Source: Vitrella brassicaformis CCMP3155 (Eukaryota > Protista > Chromerida). Taken from it: a DNA stretch of 64,000 nt. Made by a program: the position numbers and the translations under genes. The stretch is from the NCBI GenBank assembly GCA_001179505.1, contig CDMY01000243.1, positions 310,001 through 374,000 on the forward strand, written 5' to 3'. How positions within the stretch are numbered: the stretch's first letter is position 1; every line of letters starts with the position of its first letter. Positions 49,898 to 61,800 of this stretch are shown in pieces. Under the pieces are notes generated by a model. It saw nothing but the letters and a program-made list of their open reading frames with translations, searched no databases and had not been told where the DNA came from.

Positions 49898-52800
49898 ATG
49901 AGTCGATTTAATTCATTGAAGAGGCAGCTCAACCTGTGCACCTCGAGCAGCCAACTGATCTGCCTCATCAAGGCCGCGATGCAGCTCAAGCAGTGCCGCG
50001 ATGAAGGCGTGATGACGAAGCGCATGTCAGCCGAGTGCTGGGATTTCATCTCGATGAGTGTTTGGAAGTTGGCAAAGCTGCAGGCTGCTTCTCACAATCA
50101 CAATCATCACAGCAACCGCAACAGCCGAGAGGATGGGCCGGGGGAGGTGGTTGAGGGCATGAAGGAGGAGGTGCTTCATCTGATGAAGGAGGCCATCGTC
50201 AGCACATCGGGTGCCGGCGCTGCTCCCCGAGATCTATCCCTTCTCATGTGGGGCTTTGCAAAGCTGCAAGGGGAGCCGAGGGAGGTGCTGCCTGCTGCTG
50301 CTGGTGCCGGTGTTTTCATCGACGGTGACGTCTACGGCGTTCTGGCAGAGGCGTCCACCAAGGCGATGAGAGCCTTCAAGGCGCAGGACATCGCCAACAC
50401 TCTGCAGGCCGTCTCTATTCTACAGCTGCGGGATGAGGCGCTTGTCACGGTGGCGCTGCAGCGGGCGCTCAGCATCATGGACACCTTCACGCCTCAAGGC
50501 ATCACTACGGTCCTCTCGTCGGCGGCCAAGCTGCAGCTGCCCCCTGCCGCCACCCTGATGAACAGTTTGTTTGATCAGCTCGGCGAGAGGAACAGCCACC
50601 TGGTTGCTGAGTGCGACGCCCGCGGCCTGGCCACCCTCTTGCAGGCACTGGCCGCCAGACCCACAGAGCCATGCAGCGACCGGCTGCGGCTGCGGGAGGC
50701 GATGCTATCTCGACTGCGGGTGCTGCTTACCGACAAGGGCGGGGATGGTTTATCTTCTGCTGACGGTGCTCTCACTCTCTGGTCCCTCGCCACACTGGGA
50801 TGGCGGCCCGCCGACGACGTGCTGCAGCGACTCGGTGATTTGTCGGTCAAGTGGTACACCACAACCTCCTCATTGCTATATGGCGGCCCCGCACCCAGCC
50901 CACGTGACGCAGCCACGACGATATGGTCCCTGGCGAAGCTCGACTGCCACCACAGGCCAGCCGCACACGCAATTATGTCGTCCTTCGTCCGGCAACCTTA
51001 CGACTACGGCCCGCAGCCATTCAGCATGCTCGTGTGGGGCGTGGCCAAGCTGGGTTTGCGGAGCCAGGACTTCCAGGCGGCTTTGGCGAATGTGGCCCTC
51101 AAGCACGCGTCGGCACAGCAGCTGTCTCTCCACCAGGCCGTGCTGGTCATCTGGAGCGTGGCTGCCCTCGACCACCGCAACTCGGCCCTCAACAAGGAGC
51201 TCTTCGCCATCGTGCGCAAAGGGTTCCTCCATCTGACTCCCCAGCAGGTGGCCAACGTGGTGTGGAGCATCGCCCGTCTGAAGGCCAAGGAGGAGCCACT
51301 GCTGGCCTCACTCGCCATCGTGCTCAAGAAGAATGCCCCCGCTTTCACGCTTCAGCAGCTGGGCTCCCTTTTCTGGGCACTCGCCACCCTCAAATGGCGC
51401 GACGACGCCCTGTTTGCCCTCCTCTGTGCCGAGGCGGCCAAACAGCTCAGGTACACGAAGCCAGCGTCTAGCGGCAGGAGGGCAAAGACGACGTGCCACT
51501 GTGCTTGTGTGTGTGCAGGTCAGGCAAGTCAGCTGATGCTCAAGTGATGTCCAACATCCTGGGAGCCTTGGGCGAGCTCGGCATCAGGGATTTCGACCTG
51601 CTTGGCGCGGCGGTGGCGAGCATGGGCCGTCAGCCAATGAGGATGACGCCGCCCAACCTCGCCAACACCCTCGTCGCATACGCCCGGCTGCAGCACAGAG
51701 ACGAGCCCGCCCTCACAGCTCTCAGCGATGCGGTGCTGCTGCACGGGAATCGTGGGTCAGGATCTCGCCTGTCAGCACAGCAGCCGAGAGGCGGGATGTA
51801 CGGCAGCCCCTATGGCCTCCTCTCTGACAACAGTTCGCCAGATAGCCGCCGTGATGCACCATCGACTCAAGAGGAGAAGCCCACCACCCCCACCAGCACG
51901 ACCACCACGAGGCTGCCTCCCAGCTTCTCGGGTCAGCATCTGGCGAGCATTCTCTATTCGTTCGGCAATCTGCGATATCGGCACGAAGGCGTTCTGAGCG
52001 CACTGGCTGACACGATCCTCGACAGGATCGATGCCAATCCGTCTCTGGGGTACGGTGGGGCAGACGACGAGTGGCTCTACCTCGCTCTATGGGGGTTCGC
52101 AATGTGCTCTTACTGGGACCATTCTGTGATCCCGGCGTTGTTCAAGGCAGTGGCACGGCACTCGACAAGACTGCGCGACAAGGGGCTTCTGGACGACAGC
52201 GGCAACACACACTCGCGCATCCTGAACCAGGCCTACCAGGCCCTCCTCGCCCAGCACCGGCTCGGCGGCCGGCCGCCCATCGACCTCCCGAGAGACCTCA
52301 TCAACTTGTGGAAGCGGAAGTTTGTGGAGCAGCGGATTGTCGTCAGTTCGTTCCACCACTCGTTCATCACACGGCTGCGCGGCCTGGTGACCGCCGGACA
52401 GCATGAGGGGGCCGGGTGGACAGTGCAGGTGGAGCACAGGACGGAGGACGGCCTCAGTGTCGACGCAGTACTCATCGGCCCACAGCACAGGGGCATTGCC
52501 ATCGAGTGCAATGGGCCGTCTCACTATCTGACGTTCCACGCCAGCCACGCGGCTCAGGACGACTGTGTGGAGCTTGAGCACCTGACCTTCTGTGCGGCAT
52601 CTGATGAGGAGTTCCCCCACGCACACAGGGGGGCAGACACAGGGGCAGACGGCAAGAAAGGCCGAGTGCGGGTGGCTGTGGGCGAGTTGGCCCGCTATGA
52701 CGCTGCCGGGAGCTTCCACCACAAGATCATGAGGCACGATGATGCCACTGGGGGCGGTGTGACGTGCGCCACACCTTGTTTATTGAACGGCAGCAGTGCG

Positions 52801-52920
52801 TGGAAGAGGTCTGTGCTGCGTGCGGGTGGGTGGGATGTGGTGGCTGTGCCGTCGTTCGTGAGTGAGGAGGAGAGTGTGCGGATGATAGAAAGGGCCATGA
52901 GGGGCCACCACACCAGATGA
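49898..52920 (+). CDS. RAP-domain protein with helical (OPR/HPR/FASTK-like) repeats; probable organellar RNA-binding protein
   Basis: About 37-residue repeats such as FKAQDIANTLQAVSILQLRDEAL, FTPQGITTVLSSAAKL, LTPQQVANVVWSIARL and FTLQQLGSLFWALATL; C-terminal EHRTEDGLSVD...IAIECNGPSHY...LNGSSAWKRSVLRAGGWDVVAVP. One intron at about 51450-51518. An alternative upstream in-frame ATG lies at 49784. Confidence 0.86.
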
Positions 52921-54860
52921 ATCAATCGTACTGTGCGCTAGCTGTGTCTACTCCGTTGACCTGACAAACAAACCCGTCCATCCATCGATGGCATCGATGG
53001 ACGGGCTGGTAACAGGGTACATAGAGTCAGTCCTTCGCAACGCAACGCAACGCTACGCAGTGCAACAAAGGCAACCAACGGTCTGTGCGCAATCCACACA
53101 GACAGACAGACAGACAGGAGAAAACGGACGAGAGACTCCATAGCTTAGCTTAGCTTGCGTACGTATAGCAGTGACATACATATCGCTAAAAAAGGTTGTG
53201 TATTCTATGGCAGACAGGCAGCGAGGCAGCCAGGCAGGCAGACAGGCAGCCGAAGAGGGGGTGCTCTGCTCTCCTCTGCTCTACACTCTGGGTGTGCGTA
53301 CGTAACAACTACCTTGTTCCAAGGCCGGCTGGCCAGCCGGCCAGCCGCTCACTCACTCACTCAGTCACTCAGTGCCTCGCTCACAAACCGGAATACAGAA
53401 GAAAGTGGCAGCCATATATATGGATCCATCCATCCATCCATAAAGGGGGGACGGGACACACTACACCCCAAGTCAGCCGTCGTATGTATGTATTTGCTGT
53501 CAGTGCGCTCGCATTGAAATTCTCACTCATGCACGTTCTCTTGCAATGCTTGCTTGAACAAAACACACCCACCCCGAGACACACACATAGACACCCCGAA
53601 GACACACACACACACACACACATCCATGGGCTCGGCCCACATGTGTTGGTTGACACACATGCAGGCACGTACATAACACAGATGAATGAAGATAAAATCA
53701 AATCAAATCAAATCCCTTCATCGATCGATCCTCATCGATCCGTCCTTCCCCAGTACCCACTCACTCAAGTGTGGGTGATGTGCGCATGGGGAAGGAGGGA
53801 GGAGGGCAACATCATGGATGGCATGGCATGCGGCACTCACTCACTGCGTATTGTGCACACATGAACCCACAAATGACTTCAGGTCCGTGTGGGCGCTCCG
53901 CTCAAACAAACGGCGCCGCGCCATCATTCATCCGTTTAAAGCACTGCTCGCTCGCGCGGGGGGGGGAGACAACGAAGGGTTTTCATTTTCATGCTCACAC
54001 ATTACGCAACAAAGGAACAGTCAGACAGACACCCATCCACTTCATGCACTCTCTCTCCCTCCCTCGTGACAGACAGACAGACAGACAGACTAAAGCCGAC
54101 AGGCGGGTTGAAAGGGAGACCATGGGAATGTACGGATCTCTCTTGGGGTATGTACGGCCTTCCATCCGCGCCAGCCACGAATGGCGGGCGGCAAAAAACT
54201 CGACATGGCATGACTGACATACACACATGCACTTCCACACTTTCATGAAGGCATGTATGTATGTTTGCAGGGATGTATGTATGTACCATTTCCGTACGCG
54301 TGCATAAGTGATGCATGCGCTCGTGACTCGCAAGCAACCACACGGGTGCGGTGCGCAAAACAGGCGCGCAGCAGACCAGACTCCATGTGCGGGGGTCTGT
54401 CTGTCTGTCTGTCAACCTGTCTGTCTGTCTGTGCGTATGTATGTGCTGTGCGTACGCGGGAGACTTCGATCCCTTGGGAGTCGAACAAAACCCTGTTCGA
54501 CGATCAGCGAGACAGGAAGGAATACTCAGTCAGTCAGTCACGATTTCCTCAGCACTACCCGCCCCCCCACCCACCCATATACACCTTTCTCCGTCCAGCT
54601 CTCCTCTCTCTCTCTCGCTCTCCCTCCCTCCCTCTCTCCCTCTCGACCATACGGACGTACAAACATGGTAGCAAATTCCCCACGAGCGGAGCGGAGCACA
54701 CCTTCCTCTCCCGCACTCAACCAACCAACAAAACAAGACCCACCCACATGCTCCCCCGCGCAGCAAATGCATACATGCATTTACGTTTCCGACTGTCAAT
54801 CCCCATCCATCCATCCAGCCAGCCATCCATTCTCCATCATGAGTTCTTGCTCTCCTTCAC

Positions 54861-56267
54861 TCATGAGTCCTCTGCTCTGTTGGCCAGGTTCCTCGCCTGC
54901 CTGTGAGCGGTGACGAAGGGAACGGGGCCGTTCGTGCTCCTCCGCGGGGCCGTTTGCGGCGGCCTCGGCACGCAGCCACACCCACACACGGGCTGTGCTG
55001 CCGGTGTGTGTGGGGGCGGGCGGGAGGGTGGGAGGGGACAGGGCGGAAGGTGCATGGTCGTGCTACGTCTGCTGCCTGGCTGGGGGCGGGGTGGCGGTGT
55101 CAAGGCCAAAGACGCGCCAGAGGGAGGCGACAGTGGATATTCCGCCGGGGGAGGGCTGGCCAGGCCCGCATGGTGGTGGTGTGCCTCGGTAAGAGGCGAC
55201 TCAGGACCGATACCTGGATGTATACGAGAAACACAGACAGACAGACAGACAGGGATGCATCGATGAACGCACTGACTGCATCAGGTGAGTGACTGCCTGC
55301 CTGACGTACCGGCGGACTCGTCAGCCGGTCCAGTGCCAGTCCCCTTGGCCCCTCCCAGCTCAGCGGCGCGTCGCTTCTTGTCCCTCCGCTGCTTCCTGCT
55401 CTTGGGTTTCTTGCCGCGCGGCAGACACAGGTGGCAGTGGTCGCACAACTTGCCCTTCCAACAACCACGCTTCGTACCAAACCAATAACACCTGACGTAT
55501 GGATGGATGGATGGATGGATGGATGGATGCCGAGTCTCTGCCAGTGGTGTGTGCTGAATCGTGTGTCGTGTCGTCGGCGTACCGTTTGTTAGGGCAGGAT
55601 GGTGTGTCTCTGTGCGACATGCTGCCGATGTTCAGAACGGTCCCGCGCAGACGTCCCTCATACTGTGAGGCGGGGCAGCTGCGCGCCCGTCGCACTGCCG
55701 TCCCCTCGCCGGCCTCATCCAGCCCCTCCCTCGCAGCGTCCGCGCTGACACTCAGCCCGCCCGGCCCACCATTGTCCTGATACATTGGCGCACTCGCCGC
55801 TCTGAATGGCATCCCGCCGCGAGCATAATCACGACGACCGCCTCCCTGCTGCTGTTGCTGCTCAGCCTGCTGTAGTTCGTGTGGTCCTTCATCGATGTGT
55901 GGGATCAAAGGCGGCTTGGTTGGGAAGTGGATGAATGTGTGCTTGGTGGGGAACTCGGTGAACCGATGGCCGGGCGGGGAGAGGTGCAGCGGAGGTGTGG
56001 GGCCGGGTTCCTCATCCGGCTCATCTCCCCAAGAGGAGGGCGGCGAGGTGGCCTCACTCGCCGGGAGCGGCGTGATCGCCACCTCAAATGCGGCAGCGGT
56101 TGTGCGTGTTGGACACGGCATGCTGGCCCGACGCAGTGCCATCTGCCGCACAACAAGGGTGGTGCTGCGGCTGCGAACACACAACATACGCCAGATCAGA
56201 TAATCACATCAGTGAGGCCATGTGCGGCATATCTTACCTGTGAGGCGATGTGTGCCGTTGAAGGCAT
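54861..56267 (-). CDS. CCCH (C3H1) zinc-finger protein, otherwise low-complexity
   Basis: The phase-2 join gives SCPNK-R-CYWFGTKRGCWKGKLCDHCHLC, an exact C-x8-C-x5-C-x3-H, preceded by TKHTFIHF, RAASAP, RARSCP and LNIGSMSH. First exon MPSTAHIASQ|gtaag. 3' end approximate. Confidence 0.68.
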
Positions 56268-56397
56268 CTTGAGAGCCCTCGACAACGAGGGAAAGGAGCC
56301 CTGCCTCTTCTCCCAAAAAACAGCTAACTTAAAGCTTGCAGCTGCGGTCCTTCGCAGCGCGCAATCTCCCCCGACGCATCCTGGCAAAGATCTGACG

Positions 56398-58359
56398 ATG
56401 ATGCATCACCGCGCTGCTGCCCTGCAACGGTCCGTAGCACTTCCTGCCGCCGCCCATCCATTGCACCTCAACCGTAGATGGCACCACCCAGATCTCTCCA
56501 AGGTGGGCAGACCAGGCAGGCACACACGCTGGCTACGCATTGTTTCTTTGTCTGAGTGAGCAGTTGCGGGGTTGGAAAGCGGTCGAGAAGGAGGCAGAGG
56601 TCGGCCACGCGGCGTGGCAGAGGGAGCAGGAGCATGCCCTGAAGATGGGGCTGCCCGGCGCCTCATCCCTCACGGACAAGACCATCCCCACCTTCTCGAG
56701 AGGGGAGCTGCCTCACTTCGCGGGCATTCTGACCTTCATGAAGGCGCCTTATGTGGAGGACGTCCGTGAGGTCAAGAAGTACGATGCCGCTGTGGTGGGC
56801 GCGCCTTTCGATGGCGGCACCACCTATAGATCTGGGACCAGGTGCGCCCGCACGCATGACATGACGTCATGTCATGCGAACGGAGTGGATGGCGGGACTG
56901 GACTGTGTGTGTGTGTGTGTGTGTGTGTGCGCAGGTTTGGTCCACAAGGAATTCGGCGCATCTCGGCCTTGTACAGCCCTTACAATTTCGGTCGGTAGAC
57001 GGCAGGCAGGAGGGCATCAGACAGACCTCCTCTGGTCCCCTATCTCTTCATTCACCATGCTGTGCTGTATCTGTCTGTGTGTCTGCTTGTATGGTGTCAG
57101 AGATGGGTGTGGACTTGCGCGAGCAGATGACGCTCTGCGACACGGGCGACGTCTTCACGTGAGTGCGCCAGCATACACACAGTGTCTGCATGCCTTCCCT
57201 GTTGGCTGACTGTGGTTGGTTACATCCATCAAATAAATCAGTATCCCGGCCAACATTGAGAAGGCCTTCGACCAGATCTCCAATGGTGTGGGGTTCATTG
57301 CGGCCAGCGGGGCCTTTCCCATTGTGCTGGGCGGCGACCATTCTATCGGATTCCCGACGGTCAGGGGAGTCGCATCATGCACCAGGTGCTTAAGCATATA
57401 GAACACTCACACTCACACGGAGAGAAGGCGACCTGCCAATGAGTGTGTGTGTGTGTGTGCGCGTGCGTTGCAGCAAGAAGATCGGCATCGTCCATTTTGA
57501 GTGAGTACCGAGGCAGGCAGGAACGGAGCTGCAATCGAATCGAGATCTTGTGTGTGTGTGTGTGTGTGTGTTTCCCCCAATCCCTGCCAGCCGCCATGCG
57601 GACATCCAGGAGAAGGACTTGGACGAGCGAATGCACACCACACCCTAGTAAGTGAACAACGAAACACACAGAACCAAGCACAAGGCCCCATCCGCTCCCC
57701 TCGTATGTGTGTGTCAGTTTCCATGCGACCAATCTGCCCAACGTCCCTCCCAAGAATTTGGTGCAGATCGGCATCGGTGGCTGGCAGGTGCCGCGTGCGG
57801 CGCTGCCCGTCATGCGGCAGAGGAGACCCACCGTCTTCTCTGTCAGCGACGTCGAAGAGCTCGGACCAGAAAAGGCAAGACAGATAGACAGACAGACCGG
57901 GGTGGGCAGCCACTATACACTTCGGATGGTGGCTCTTCTGCAGGTGATAGAGATGGCGCTGGATCGCGCGTGGGACGGGGTCGATGCTGTGTGGCTGTCG
58001 TTCGACATCGACTGCATCGACGCCGCTTTCGTGCCGGGAACCGGTGAGTCGAAGCGACACAACCGCACAGCCTTGTCCGTCTATCCATCTGTGCACGTGT
58101 GTGTGTGTATGGTCCATATGCAGGTTGGCCCGAGCCTGGGGGCTTCCTCCCAAGGGAGGCCTTAAAGATGGTTGGCTTGGTGGCCAAGGAGGGCCTGTGT
58201 GGGATGGAGATTGTCGAGGTCAGTCCCCCCTACGACACCTCGGACATCACATCGCTGATGGCGCTGAGAGTGATCGTGGACACGCTGGGCTCCCTGGTGG
58301 CGCACGGCAAGATGGGCGCACACAAACACATCATCGACAAACCCTTCTCGCCTTTCTGA
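56398..58359 (+). CDS. gdmH: Arginase/ureohydrolase-family enzyme with guanidine hydrolase (GdmH) signatures
   Basis: Spliced protein: IPTFSRGELPHFAGILTFMKAPYVEDVREV; GTTYRSGTRFGPQGIRRISALYSPYNF|EMGVDLREQ; LGGDHSIG; HFDRHADIQEKDLDERMHTTPYFHATN; SFDIDCID; PGTGWPEPGGFLPRE; EVSPPYD. It has all arginase metal ligands plus the GdmH-type N-terminal extension and Trp. Confidence 0.92.
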
Positions 58360-58837
58360 TCCATGCATGGGTGGGTGTTCGCCTGGATGGTTGCGAGATA
58401 CGTGTACTATGGATAGATGTATGTCGACCTGTGCAGCAGTTGATGGAGGCTGCCTTGCTGCTGATTGGCCTCCAGCATCAGGTGTCGCCGCCTGCCGCCT
58501 CATGGCAGGCAGGCCACACGTGATGATGGGGAACTGTCGGCATGCATCAAGTCAGCCCATGCTCGTATGTATGTTGTGCTGTGTGCGCATCTTGTCTGTC
58601 TGCTGGAGGCATTTTTGCCTCCTGGGTGTACGCGTACGTTCATTCGTGGGAAGGTTTTGGGTCTTGATCGATCTGGCTGCTGAGACATTTGTTCACAGAC
58701 AGACAGACAGAAGAATGGATGGATGGACGGTCCATGCGCACAACAAAAGGGATTCCTCGCAACCCACACACACGAATGCATGCAATGCATTCACACCAAC
58801 AAATGTATCCCTCCCAGCTCTCCGCCGGCTCAGTTAG

Positions 58838-61800
58838 TCAGTAGTCGTCCAGCATCGGGCCTGAATTGCAACGTCCATGCATATGTTGGCCTCCATGCCT
58901 CCATTTAGATTTCTCACCGCATGGCTGCAGCTTGTCGGCTTCCTCCTGTCCGTAGCGCGACACAAACGCGTCGTACGGCAGGTAGCCACCCCCCACACGG
59001 ACTGACCGATATTGACACAGGGCACACGTATCCACATCGCCTCCCCTTGTTTCGTTCGGCCCTTGCTTACAGACGATGGCGTCGTTTTGTATGGTAGCGA
59101 CGCATGTCTTGGTGCCGAAGAGGTAGGTGCCCTGCTCCCGCCGGCAGAAGGGGACGGGCGGGGGGTGCTCACGGACCCTCTCAGCCAGCAACGCGTCTAT
59201 GGGGTCGTTCTGCACACACACACACAGGCAGACAGAAACACAGAGAATGGGCAGGGGTTGGGTTGCGTGTTGAAGTGTGCGTGCGTACCTTGACGGGAAT
59301 GTATTTGGTGGTGATGACGTTGAGTCTGTTGGTGAGGTGGCGCACCTCACACGTCCGCTCCTCTAAAGCGCTCAACAGCTGACCACGATCCTCTGGCCGT
59401 GCATCCATCCAGACACCACAGACGTAGCATATCATCTATCTCTGTGTCTCTGTGTCTCTGTCTGTGGATAGATGTATACCATCCCATTTGATTGATCCGA
59501 GGCGCAGGTCCTCACACGCCTGGTAGTAATCCCCGCGCTGATTGACGACGCACGAGAAACACATGAAATGGATTGTAGAGACACGTGCCCCTCTGCTGTC
59601 TTGTGCGTGTCCGTACCATGGTGTCCATCTGCTGGTCCTTCTGGCTGAGCAAGTCACGAGTCTGCAGCCACACCGGACACACACACACACATATAATACA
59701 CGAGACAGCAGCCCATTGTGTGTCTCTACTTGCCGTGCTCAAATGCCCCTCGACGTCACTCAAATGCGCCACCTGAGTGCAGGCCAGGCAACATCACATA
59801 CACCCTGCGGACCGGATCTTCCTGTGTTTCTTTGTTTGCACCTTTGCGTCCATTTTGACGATGATGTCAGTCAGTTCGGCCCGCTTGAGCTCACCGGATT
59901 CCAACAACTCATCCTTCGAAGCTACCGTACGACGCATCTCCTACACACACCCAAACAGACACACATGCATCCATCGATCGAGCTATGTCTGGATGGCTGT
60001 GTGTGTGGTGGGGGTAGGTGCCTGCCTGTATGTTTGTCTCCAGCTCTTGCTGCCGGTGCTGCATCCCGGCCACCACAGAGCGGTGCTCCTCGGCTGCACG
60101 TGACGCATGCTCCTCCATCACACGCAGCTGATCCTACGCGAAGGAACGAATGCACACACATGACAGGGTGTCCTTGCCCACCTGTCCACCGATGTGTATA
60201 GGTACCTGCATGTGTGCCCTGGCTTGCTGTGCGGTGTGTGCCTCGTGCTGGGCCTGCGCAAGCCTCTCGGCCAGGCCGTCAGCCTCCTGTGGACGGACAA
60301 TGGACAGACACCACAACGCATTAACGAGTGGGATCATTGGCGTGGTGCATTGATTGTGTGTACATCTATTTTGAGTTTCTGTTCGAGCGAGAGGATCTGA
60401 GCCGCCAACTGGTGCTTCTCGACTGTGCCCTGAGCAGATAAACGTGGGTGCAGGTGGAGGGGTGTGGCGGTTGGCGGTGTGTGTGTGGTTGCGCGCCTGC
60501 TGCACTTGTGTCTTAAGCTGATCTCTCTCTTTCAGCGCTGCGGTGCTCTGCGTCTGCAATTCCTCGTGCGCCTGTAGAAACAAAAGGAGCGGACAGACGA
60601 GTGGGTGGGTCGATGGATGGATGGATGGAAGACACACACGTGTATGCATTATGTGAGGTGTGTGCTGACTGACCTGTTCGAGCGCTTTGCGTTTCTGCAG
60701 GGCGGTGTTGAGTGCCGACTGCAGCTCCTCGTGTTGAGACGCCATGGCCTGACGCAACGAGCGAATGACACATACAGGCCATGTGAACACCTGCCTGCGT
60801 CAGTCAGTGCGGCGTACCTGTTTGGTGTCTTGTGTGCCCTTGGCCTCCCTCTGCAGCTGCTGCTTCAGGTACTCTATCTCGCACCTGTTTGTGGGTATGT
60901 GTGTGTGGGTGGGCATCCACCAACACATCCATTCATTCATTCATTCATTCATTGACGGCAGGTGGGGTGTGCCCACCCGTCGGCCAGGCGCGCAGTCCTC
61001 TCCGCCTCCAGTAGACTCCACCGCTCACCACGGACACTGATCGGCGAGAGAGACACGCACACACGTGGATACAACGGCAGAGACTGAGCCGCCGACCTTT
61101 CCACTCGTCTGTCCATCTCCGCTTGCAGGTCCTCATACCGAGACTCACACTGCACGCCGTGAGACGGATACACAGCCTGGCAGTGAACATCCAATTCACA
61201 CACACCCTTACGTCCTGCAGCTGTTGTTTGGTCTGCTGGTTCTCTTCCTCCAGGATGGCGCGATGCCGATTCAACTCCTCCACTTGAGACCTGAACAAAG
61301 ATGGGGCGGGGGCGTGAGTGTGAGTGTGGGTGTGGCTGTGTATTGTGGTGTGGATGAACCTGAATTGTTCGATGGCTGCCGTGTAGTGGCGGTGGAGCTC
61401 TGCCCGCTGGGACGCATGCACCTCCTGACCCTGATGTACGGCTGCTGAGGTGAGGTGCGTATGTATCTATGGGTGCATTACATCGATACACACCTCTTTG
61501 TCCAGCGCCATGCTGTTGATAGTCGCAGTCGCATCCTGATCAGAGAGACAGACACAAGGGACACATTGCATTGCACATGAAGGCCTCCACCCATTTCGCC
61601 TACACCCACGCACCTTGATCTGCCCCTGCAGGTGTGCAACGACGGCCTGGCTCTCGGCCTCCCGACTGCCCAGACCCCGACGCAGCTCATCTGTCTCAGC
61701 CTAATGATGATACACTCGTGGACAACACGCCCACATTCATGGCACCTGACTGAGTGGCTGACCTCTTGTGCTTTGAGCAGTCGCGTCTTTTCGGTGAGCT

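Noticed and set aside
57646-57648. Apparent TAG in GdmH after MHTTP
   Set aside because: A phase-2 intron (TA|gtaag...cag|T) yields Tyr, giving TPYFHATN.
56398-58359. Bacterial contamination or operon origin for GdmH
   Set aside because: The gene has many spliceosomal introns in the host's microsatellite style and eukaryotic neighbours.
44040-58790. TGCATGCA / CACGTG ApiAP2-like motifs
   Set aside because: The copies I noticed lie mostly in introns or 3' regions rather than in the divergent spacers, and enrichment cannot be tested here.
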